Positions 9,518 to 17,324 of a stretch of DNA of 40,387 nt are shown one piece after another (the stretch's first letter is position 1; every line of letters begins with the position of its first letter). Under the pieces are notes generated by a model. It did no database searches. It was not told the DNA's origin and saw only the letters and a list, made by a program, of their open reading frames with translations. This DNA is from a virus (lineage: Duplodnaviria; Caudoviricetes), in IMG/VR virus record IMGVR_UViG_3300017540_000009, positions 1-40,387 of that record; one strand, given 5' to 3'. The position numbers were made by a program, and so were the translations under genes.

Positions 9518-9527
9518 ATATTAAATT
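9518..9527 (-). promoter_or_regulatory. Candidate late promoter motif AATTTAATAT
   Basis: Intergenic copy of the recurring motif upstream of the scaffold gene. Confidence 0.5.
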
Positions 9528-9535
9528 GTGAACTG

Positions 9536-10288
9536 TTAATAGGGACTACTGTATTTATCAATTCCAGTATGTATGGTATCTGACAAGGCCACAGGCCACG
9601 CGGGTTCAGCAACGACACTGAATTCACACCCAACAATGTCATGAGCATTTAGGAATGCCAAATGTTGGTTACCTTCATAATCCCGAACAACGTTCCATTG
9701 AATCTGTGCCAAAGGATCCAAGTGCTGGCAACACTGACGTTCCGTGAATGGGCAGCCGCAATATGAACAAGTGAACGAACCTGCATCAGCACCCATTGAA
9801 TAGGTATTGATTCGTTTATCAATCACATCTTGGACAACATCAGTATATTTGGTTTTATCCAAAGCTACCAAAGCCATTACTTTCCAGAGCTTACCATTAC
9901 CGAAGCCGTTGATTTTATGCAGGGACGTATCAAGTACTGCGCCTAATGCCTTTGTACAATCTTTATTATCATGCTCAAGGTGCATGGGTACCCCAGCCCA
10001 GCTTTTGTAAACCATTCGGCTTACAGGCGGTGGCTGAAACTTAGTTAGTTCAGCCAGAGGAAAGCCAATACCATTTCGGTTTGGTATATCAGACGGACAC
10101 AGAGGGGTAGTGACAAACACATAGTCCTCGATGTTAGGACTAATATGGTATGTCTTTGCTGCAAATGGGAGCCAAACTCTAGCGTCTAATTCAAACTCAC
10201 CTTTGGCTTCTTTTAAACCTTCTCGACCTTCTGCGGTATCACCATCGAACATCATTAAAGGCTGTTCGGTATAGGACGTAATTCTCAT
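9536..10288 (-). CDS. Prohead maturation serine protease (HK97/assemblin-like fold) with Zn-ribbon insertion
   Basis: NRNG..F, HLEH (candidate catalytic His), YSMG (candidate catalytic Ser), CSYCG...CCQH insertion and EFSVVAEPA. The start is moved to ATG 10288, which has a GAGGT RBS and removes the overlap with the upstream gene. Confidence 0.78.
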   Translation of the reverse strand: MRITSYTEQPLMMFDGDTAEGREGLKEAKGEFELDARVWLPFAAKTYHISPNIEDYVFVTTPLCPSDIPNRNGIGFPLAELTKFQPPPVSRMVYKSWAGVPMHLEHDNKDCTKALGAVLDTSLHKINGFGNGKLWKVMALVALDKTKYTDVVQDVIDKRINTYSMGADAGSFTCSYCGCPFTERQCCQHLDPLAQIQWNVVRDYEGNQHLAFLNAHDIVGCEFSVVAEPAWPVALSDTIHTGIDKYSSPY

Positions 10289-10290
10289 TA

Positions 10291-10674
10291 TTACCTCGAA
10301 TAAAAATATACGTCGCCTGCTGCGGTGAATTCTACTCGAACCGCGGTAAACGCAGGTGCTGAACATTCCTCTATAGTATTTGGTGCAGGCGTTTGATCAT
10401 TACCCCAAGCAACCTTTGATTGAACATCAGCATCTGGATTACATGCAAAACTAGGGTGTTGCAACGTATATTTTAAATTGCAAGCTGCGACAGCCATAAC
10501 GCAGAAAACGTTCTCACCTTTTACTGCAATCTGGGAAATATCAACAAAAACAATCTCACCAGCTTTACCAGTAATTCCTGTCCAGGAACCAGCCAAGGGA
10601 TAACTTTCAGCCCCGATACCAAAAGGTAATGAATTGCGCCAACCGGCACTACGAGAACCCATTAGATGTGCCAT
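10291..10674 (-). CDS. Hypothetical protein
   Basis: 127-aa ORF in the operon with AAGGA upstream; beta-rich. Confidence 0.65.
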   Translation of the reverse strand: MAHLMGSRSAGWRNSLPFGIGAESYPLAGSWTGITGKAGEIVFVDISQIAVKGENVFCVMAVAACNLKYTLQHPSFACNPDADVQSKVAWGNDQTPAPNTIEECSAPAFTAVRVEFTAAGDVYFYSR

Positions 10675-10687
10675 CTTTATTAATCCT

Positions 10688-11191
10688 TTAATTTATTGAA
10701 TCTGCGTAAATCTTGGGTTGAAATTCAACCACCATTGGTTTAGCATCCAGGTAAGCATTCATATCTCGGACAATGTCTGGATTAAATTCTTCAAATTTAC
10801 CCAAGGTAACATGTGCGTTGTAGTCTGGGAAGGAATGACTGAAGCCTTGGGAAACTAATTGGTTGTGAAGTTTTTCTATATCAGGACTATACAACCGTAG
10901 AACCAATATGGAGCGCCCTTTATGGTCTTCCCAACATTCAACATTAGTACCTAAGGCAGATAGTTGCACCGGGTCCTCAGGTAAAACAGGATCATCAGGT
11001 AGAGGTCCAGTATGGTATATCAAGGTAGTATGTAACCCAGTAGTATTTTCGTATTTTAGCTCTGGTGTTCTAAACCTACGTTTGAATTCAGACAAAGTGG
11101 CGTATCCATCTTCATTTGGATCCAACCAAGCATAGAATCCATCTTCTATCTGTTTTAAAACAGGATATAGAATCTTTGCTTCTACACGCAT
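10688..11191 (-). CDS. acb1: 2H phosphodiesterase, Acb1/T4 gp57B-like (anti-CBASS nuclease family)
   Basis: Two HxT motifs (LHTTLIY, AHVTL). The segment LVLRLYSPDIEKLHNQLVSQGFSHSFPDYNAHVTL matches the recalled T4 57B pattern LVL.L.S......H......G..H.F.DY..H.TL. Confidence 0.8.
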   Translation of the reverse strand: MRVEAKILYPVLKQIEDGFYAWLDPNEDGYATLSEFKRRFRTPELKYENTTGLHTTLIYHTGPLPDDPVLPEDPVQLSALGTNVECWEDHKGRSILVLRLYSPDIEKLHNQLVSQGFSHSFPDYNAHVTLGKFEEFNPDIVRDMNAYLDAKPMVVEFQPKIYADSIN

Positions 11192-11205
11192 TTCTCATCC
11201 TTGTT

Positions 11206-11231
11206 AAAGGTGCCGGGAATTTCCCGGCACC
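11206..11231 (-). terminator. Hairpin after the SNF2 gene (terminator or processing element)
   Basis: Perfect inverted repeat GGTGCCGGGAA-T-TTCCCGGCACC followed by TTT on the minus strand. Confidence 0.55.
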
Positions 11232-11236
11232 GGTAC

Positions 11237-14200
11237 TCAAGTTTCCAACAAACCTGTGTCGCGGACTTGATTAGACTTCAGACGTTTAATATCACGTAGA
11301 AGTTCCTTTAGGTTGGTAATGGTGATTCCAGCCTGTTGGATCTTCTTAACCATTTGTGCAAGTTTGACCTTTGTTAAGGCATAGTAGCACATTGATGGTT
11401 CCGATTTAGCCCACCGCACACCAGGTGCTCTGATCTTGATTGCTTGCAAGGTACCCAACTGACCCCTAATAGGTAACGCGATATAAGCAGTACCGTCTTC
11501 GAGAATCGGATAAGGTTTGATTATCTTGGCATCATTAGATGGCTTGTGTTCAATCCGATAGAAATTTCGTAGTTCGGTACGATTAGCTAACCGGAAGGTT
11601 AATAAGCCTTTACTAATTTTGCCAGACTTCATCAATTCATGCATAGCCATGAAGGCTTCCATTTCGGAAGTCATCTGGGGATCAGGCACGAAACCAGCCT
11701 CGTTCCAAAGAGTAATTTGCTTATAAAGCTGCGGTGCTCTTTGAATTTCAGCATAGTAGTAAGGTTCCACAGGGCGGAAACCACACGCTTCAAGAGCCCG
11801 AGAAACAACGGCTGCATCATCAACAGTAGAATCGTAAGACAGACCAACGAAACCGTTGGTAACCGTCACAGATAGATACGCATTTAACGCCTGTTGTTCT
11901 GCTTGTTTCTTGGCTTCTTCCTCTGCCTTGCGTTGTTCTGCTTGTTTCTTACCCCGGTTGGTCGTCCGCATAGTAGCCGGAGGAACTAGAACAGGTTCAG
12001 AAACAGGCATTTCACCTTGGGCTTTCATGATCTGCCGACGAATGTCCTCACCAGAGGTTAATTCTCGGTTAATCACGAATACAGCAGCAAACGGGATGTA
12101 GGTTTGAGAACCATCATCATATTTGATTAAGGCTTTTCCTTCTGCAAAGTTCATAGAACCGATGATACCTTCACCGAATTCTGTATGAACAGGAGCATTC
12201 TTCAGGAATGCCGCAATCTCTTTCTTGCCGTCTGCACTGGAAAGTTCTGCTTCCTCGTTATAGTTATCCGAATCATTAGCCATGTCTTGGCTGATTTCAT
12301 CGGAACGAATGTACAGATCTAATCGAACGAGACCTAATTCCCGTTGATTATAAACTTCCAAGCCTGGAGTGTAAGGTGTAAACCGCATCAACTTCGCATC
12401 AGCAGGTGGAGGTGCTTCTTTGATAGGAATTTTGAAATTCTTACCGTACTTGCGTTCAAAATCCTCCCTATAGGCTGCGTAGTCAGCTTCCGTAATTTCC
12501 TGGAATTTCTGATACGCCTTGGCATATTCCAATAGGTTGTCATTCCAGGAATTCAACCCAATGATATTTTCCAAGGACATCTTGATCACAGGAAGATCAG
12601 GAATTTCTTCGTACTCAGGATTATCCGCGTTTTCAAACTTGGCGACAGCAATGATCTTAGAGATCAATCTGGAAGCTTTAGCAATGTCGATAGTTTGATC
12701 AGCCAGAATCGTATCGTAATAGATAGTGTCGCGTTCCTCGTCAACCTTTAGGTTAGGACGATTCAATCGAGCATTACCTTGTTCTAAAGCACCAGGTACC
12801 CAAGGATACGAAAGACGAATCAGCCTAGAGCAGAACTGCAGGTTCAAGCCGGTATTGATTGAATCTTCTACACCCACCATCCACAGGATAGAAGGATCGG
12901 ATTCAAACCTAGCCTGTGCTTCAATCTTGTCGGATGCTTTGTACAAGAAACCCGAAGCCTGAAGATCAGGGGCTATTGCTTCATAAACTTCATCAGCCGT
13001 TTCGTTGTAAGAAGCAAAGATTAGAATCTTACCCTTAGCACCGATGCGGATATGTTCACGAATACGTTCTTCAACGGCTGCAATCTTGGGACTCTTACGA
13101 TCAGCACCTTTAAGCTCTAATTTGCCCAATGGGTCCCGAGCAGGTGCATTGACGAACCGATCCAAACGTTGCAAGTAAGGTCTTAAGAGTTCTTCAATAG
13201 AAGTACCTTCTGCCTCGTCATCCGTTTCCTCTTCTGCGTCTTGAAGCTCAGCAATCTTTGCCATTAACTCCTTATTGGAGCGGATTTGTTCTTCTGCTTC
13301 AGAAAGGATTAGGTTGTAAACTCGTTTCTGTTCAGGCGTCAGTGAAACAGGAATCATTACCTCTTCTTTGGGAGGAAGTAATGCGGCCCATTCTTTTCGT
13401 TTCGCACCAGCAACCACCACGTTTTCTTTGATCAAACGGGCAATTTCTTGCTGGGCACCAGGCTTCCATTCAACCACACGGTTGCCTTTAACACCATCCT
13501 CAGCAGCAAACCTTTCGTTGAACTCCTCTCTAGTTCCGAATACCGTGGGATCCATAATTGCGATCTGCATTGCAAGGTCAGACGGCGAATCATAAGCCAT
13601 AGTACCCGAAGCCAAACGCTTTTTAGGAATATCAGCAACCAAATTCATTACTGAACGAGTACGCTGAGAATCCTTACGCAGGTAATGGGCTTCATCCAGA
13701 AGTACATACTGGAATGAGATTTGCTTTAGCATTTCAGCAATGGGATATACCGCAACTGCTGTAGTACCATAGCATACCGATACTGCGTGAAGTTTCAATA
13801 CGTTGTAGTCAAAGATCACAACGGTATTGCGTGGTGCCGTAGCCATCATTTGGGTTAGACGTTCGATACCATTCTTACGAACCACATAGGTTGTAACAGG
13901 AATGACGTTTAAGCGACCCTTGGTAAAGAAAACAAGTTCCTTTACGTACTGTGCCACCAAATGACCTGGGCATCCAATTAGGTATGGTGCGCTTCTACCT
14001 TTTGAAAATTCCTGTAAGATGTCGGTAATAGCCAACATTGATTTGCCACCACCAGCATCGACTGGTAGAATAGCAAAATTCGGGCTATCGCTCATCAGGT
14101 TAGCAATTTTCTGTTGGTGTGGTAGCCGAATAACTACGTCACCGTCAATCAGAGGTAAAGCAGGTGCTTCCCAATCTTCTTTGATTTTTTGATTAAGTGC

Positions 14201-15799
14201 AGCACTCCTAAGCTCTGCGTCCTGCCCCTCGATTTTGTAGAATTCGTGGGCATAGTGATACATCATCAGAAGCCAAGCAACGTTTGCGGTAACGAAAGCT
14301 ACCGAGTATTTCACATAAACGTTGTCTAGACGTTCCAGAACAGCTTGACCTGCAGAATGTAGGTACCGACCGATCGGGCGGAACGGCGCAAAATCAGAAT
14401 TGTAGGCTAAATCAAACCAGGTAACATCCTTATTCTCAGTGAATCTAAGGAACAATTCCCGAGCACCAGCATAGTATTCCTCAGGATTGTCTGAGCTTAG
14501 GTATTGTTGAACTAAACCTTTGGCAGTGTCGTTCAGCCATACCTGAGAACCTTCCCGAAGTACCCAGTTGTCAGCATCCTTTAGGTGTAGCCTAGGTGGA
14601 ATGCCGCCAGCTTCTGCGATACGAATAAGGTTACGGAGGATTTTGAAGTCAACAGGTTTCTTCAGCCAATTCTTAATGTGGGTAGAATTAGCAGCCATAT
14701 TACGGCTGACATCCATTACCGTCATCAAACCAGCGACGTTGGTATACGAGAATTTGCAGTTCACCCAATCCATCAGAACAGGAATGTTCGATGGTAGGTT
14801 ACTGCTGTAGGTCATATCCTTCTCGTCTACAAGACGGAAAACACCAGAATCATCCTTTACACCAGCCTGTCCGAATAGGTCTTCATACCTCTGAGTTTGA
14901 TCCAGATGGATGGGGAGGTATATAGGACGACCTTTAGGATCAGTACTGATACCGTCTGCGTTTGCCTTCAGTGTAACTCTGCTAATATCAGTAGGCAAAG
15001 TCTTCGCAATGGTTGAAATAGCAAATGCAGATTTCGGAGGCTTAATCTTCTTGTATGCACCGTAATAGTTTACTGCCCATGATTGAAGAACCACGTACAG
15101 GTCTTGAGGGCGAATTAGATTCCAAGAAGTATTGGTAATGTATTCAGCTTCAGCTTTGGTGATTAGAAACTTTAGAAAAATTACACCGCCGTTTGAACGC
15201 TGTACAAAACGAGTACCCAGGAAAGATTGCTGTAAAGCCTGTTTTGCTGGTGCTGGAATGTTTGCGCCAGCCGCAGCAATAGCATTCTCAGGTTTGAGAA
15301 TGCCGTAAGAAATCTGCACAGTAGGCCAAGCTGCGGTTTGTTCGCCTGGTTCATTAGAAGGTGCTTCTTCGTCTATCAAACCAGGAACTACGTCCTCTAG
15401 ATCAGTATCTTCTGGTTCTTCTGTGTCCATTACATCTTTGGCTTTCTTGGTAGGCGAAAATTTGCCTAGCATACGAGCCAAGTCCTCAGGACTGGAATAT
15501 ACCACCAAAGGTAGTTGAACTACAAAATCAGATTCATTCTTTTGAACCTGAAGCATACCAACAACGTTGGATACCTGGAGTGTAGAAATTGCCAAGTTAC
15601 GGGCTCTAGCAGACTTACCAAAGCTCGAATCTCCAAGTTGTTGAGGATACAAGTGGGATAGAGCTAACCGTAAGAATAACTGAGGGTTGATTCGAGGGGA
15701 ATTTAGATAAATTCCCATGAACCCTGATTTAAGTTGGGTTTTATCCAACTTGAAGTCAGGATCTAACTTTAGTTTTGATTTCTCTTTTAGTTTATTCAT
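11237..15799 (-). CDS. Large SNF2-family (SF2) helicase/ATPase
   Basis: Q-motif LPHQ, Walker A AGGGKS, Walker B LLDEAH, motif III ASGT, SPK, ILIFA, GLNLQ and EQGNARLNR. Confidence 0.9.
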   Translation of the reverse strand: MNKLKEKSKLKLDPDFKLDKTQLKSGFMGIYLNSPRINPQLFLRLALSHLYPQQLGDSSFGKSARARNLAISTLQVSNVVGMLQVQKNESDFVVQLPLVVYSSPEDLARMLGKFSPTKKAKDVMDTEEPEDTDLEDVVPGLIDEEAPSNEPGEQTAAWPTVQISYGILKPENAIAAAGANIPAPAKQALQQSFLGTRFVQRSNGGVIFLKFLITKAEAEYITNTSWNLIRPQDLYVVLQSWAVNYYGAYKKIKPPKSAFAISTIAKTLPTDISRVTLKANADGISTDPKGRPIYLPIHLDQTQRYEDLFGQAGVKDDSGVFRLVDEKDMTYSSNLPSNIPVLMDWVNCKFSYTNVAGLMTVMDVSRNMAANSTHIKNWLKKPVDFKILRNLIRIAEAGGIPPRLHLKDADNWVLREGSQVWLNDTAKGLVQQYLSSDNPEEYYAGARELFLRFTENKDVTWFDLAYNSDFAPFRPIGRYLHSAGQAVLERLDNVYVKYSVAFVTANVAWLLMMYHYAHEFYKIEGQDAELRSAALNQKIKEDWEAPALPLIDGDVVIRLPHQQKIANLMSDSPNFAILPVDAGGGKSMLAITDILQEFSKGRSAPYLIGCPGHLVAQYVKELVFFTKGRLNVIPVTTYVVRKNGIERLTQMMATAPRNTVVIFDYNVLKLHAVSVCYGTTAVAVYPIAEMLKQISFQYVLLDEAHYLRKDSQRTRSVMNLVADIPKKRLASGTMAYDSPSDLAMQIAIMDPTVFGTREEFNERFAAEDGVKGNRVVEWKPGAQQEIARLIKENVVVAGAKRKEWAALLPPKEEVMIPVSLTPEQKRVYNLILSEAEEQIRSNKELMAKIAELQDAEEETDDEAEGTSIEELLRPYLQRLDRFVNAPARDPLGKLELKGADRKSPKIAAVEERIREHIRIGAKGKILIFASYNETADEVYEAIAPDLQASGFLYKASDKIEAQARFESDPSILWMVGVEDSINTGLNLQFCSRLIRLSYPWVPGALEQGNARLNRPNLKVDEERDTIYYDTILADQTIDIAKASRLISKIIAVAKFENADNPEYEEIPDLPVIKMSLENIIGLNSWNDNLLEYAKAYQKFQEITEADYAAYREDFERKYGKNFKIPIKEAPPPADAKLMRFTPYTPGLEVYNQRELGLVRLDLYIRSDEISQDMANDSDNYNEEAELSSADGKKEIAAFLKNAPVHTEFGEGIIGSMNFAEGKALIKYDDGSQTYIPFAAVFVINRELTSGEDIRRQIMKAQGEMPVSEPVLVPPATMRTTNRGKKQAEQRKAEEEAKKQAEQQALNAYLSVTVTNGFVGLSYDSTVDDAAVVSRALEACGFRPVEPYYYAEIQRAPQLYKQITLWNEAGFVPDPQMTSEMEAFMAMHELMKSGKISKGLLTFRLANRTELRNFYRIEHKPSNDAKIIKPYPILEDGTAYIALPIRGQLGTLQAIKIRAPGVRWAKSEPSMCYYALTKVKLAQMVKKIQQAGITITNLKELLRDIKRLKSNQVRDTGLLET

Positions 15800-15800
15800 T

Positions 15801-16487
15801 TCAGATTAGGTGCGTGACAGAGTTAAGAGGTCGGTAAGCTCTAAGTACCGCTAAGTATAGGTTTCGCATTACAAACCTTTCCAATTCCTCTGTGGTAGGA
15901 GTTAGCTTGCCAGGTATGACAGGAAAGATTGGAACTGTAATGCGATAACCATAATGCCAACGTTGATTCAGATTTGCACCCTCGTTGGCAACAAAGAATT
16001 CAAGATTTCTAGATAGATCCCGTTTCCAATAAGCAGGATACTTTTTATTCGAACCTTGCCTAATGCCCATAGCATAAATGAACGTAGGATCCTCCTTTTG
16101 GATATGGGCGTGTACATCAACTTCTAAAGTAAAACCTGTAGAGGTTAATTGTACCCTACGGTCTACCTTATAGGTTTTTAGTATTTTATGAATCGAATAT
16201 TTTTCCAAGAATTTGACAATAGCTCGCCTAGCTTGAATGAACTGAGTTAGGATAACATCATTCTTAGAATCTTCGATACTAAAGGGTCTTTGCCCTGCTT
16301 TGGTACACAACTTGATAAATTCATCAATGGCTTGTGCCCATGCAGTCTCTGGTTTCTTTGACTTTGTTAAACCTATAGCCACTACCCAGTGTTTCTCACA
16401 AGCCGGGTTAAACATCATAGGATATGAGTCAACAGTAGGCACTGACCTCTGGTCGATCTGTGACACACCAAGACTAGATAGGTTCAT
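15801..16487 (-). CDS. Hypothetical protein
   Basis: 228-aa ORF with GAGGT RBS, abutting the SNF2 gene. Confidence 0.7.
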   Translation of the reverse strand: MNLSSLGVSQIDQRSVPTVDSYPMMFNPACEKHWVVAIGLTKSKKPETAWAQAIDEFIKLCTKAGQRPFSIEDSKNDVILTQFIQARRAIVKFLEKYSIHKILKTYKVDRRVQLTSTGFTLEVDVHAHIQKEDPTFIYAMGIRQGSNKKYPAYWKRDLSRNLEFFVANEGANLNQRWHYGYRITVPIFPVIPGKLTPTTEELERFVMRNLYLAVLRAYRPLNSVTHLI

Positions 16488-16494
16488 TGTAACC

Positions 16495-16953
16495 TCAGTC
16501 TAGAAAAACGTCTGGTTCGCCATCTGAATATAGAACGTCGGCTACGTCATCATCCATTTCGGAACCATCAGAATACAAAACTTCTTGAATCTCATAATTA
16601 CGATCTGGGAAAACCTCACCATCGTTAATGGTGTTTTTCACAGCAGGTGTAATTTCCGGATCGTAGTCACCTTGAGTAATACGCTGATCTAAGGTTAATG
16701 CCTTTAGACGAACCGAACTGTTAACCCGGAACATTTCAGGATTGTTTAGATTCTGATAGGTAGTACCGATGTAAGTGGACGGCGGTGAAGCTTCCACATC
16801 GTAACCAAGTTTCTCGGACAGTAGTTTATAAATATCAGCTTCCAATTCTTCTTTGTCCACACCTAGGCTATGTGCAAAGGCATGAACCTGGTCATCAGAA
16901 GGTTCTGGATTATGCTCCAGAAAGCTCTCAATCAATTGATCATACTTAGACAT
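16495..16953 (-). CDS. Acidic hypothetical protein with internal VNSSVRLKA motif
   Basis: 152-aa ORF with AAGGAG RBS and its own promoter-like motif upstream. Confidence 0.7.
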   Translation of the reverse strand: MSKYDQLIESFLEHNPEPSDDQVHAFAHSLGVDKEELEADIYKLLSEKLGYDVEASPPSTYIGTTYQNLNNPEMFRVNSSVRLKALTLDQRITQGDYDPEITPAVKNTINDGEVFPDRNYEIQEVLYSDGSEMDDDVADVLYSDGEPDVFLD

Positions 16954-16970
16954 TTGAATCTCCTTGTATC

Positions 16971-16980
16971 ATATGAAATT
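16971..16980 (-). promoter_or_regulatory. Candidate late promoter motif AATTTCATAT
   Basis: Variant of the recurring motif, 17 nt upstream of ATG 16953. Confidence 0.4.
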
Positions 16981-17324
16981 TACCATTTCGATCTTGCGCG
17001 TATTAGATGATTGTGTCTTTTGTCATGGCAAGTCGGGCAAAGATCAATAAGGTTGGATAAAGTATTAGTCCCACCTTTGGATAAAGGAACTATATGGTGC
17101 GGTTCACTAGCTGCGTTATAGCAGCCTTTGGATTCACAATAGCCACCGGAACGTTTTCTGACTTGCTTTACTAAATCCCACCAAGAATTATTTTGTGAGT
17201 AACCATCTTTAGTGGAATAGGAAGAATGTTGAATTCTTCCTGTACCATTGGCACGTCGTTTAGTCCTTGCGTACTGAACTGTAGATTTCCGACCGGCTAA
17301 TTTAGACCATGGGTTTCGGTTCAT
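16980..17324 (-). CDS. HNH endonuclease
   Basis: CESKGC...HHIVPLSKGGTNTLSNLIDLCPTCHDKRH is a canonical Zn-binding HNH motif. Confidence 0.9.
   Translation of the reverse strand: MNRNPWSKLAGRKSTVQYARTKRRANGTGRIQHSSYSTKDGYSQNNSWWDLVKQVRKRSGGYCESKGCYNAASEPHHIVPLSKGGTNTLSNLIDLCPTCHDKRHNHLIRARSKW

Noticed and set aside
10289-10366. N-terminal extension of the protease ORF in the track
   Set aside because: It overlaps the upstream gene; ATG 10288 has a good RBS.
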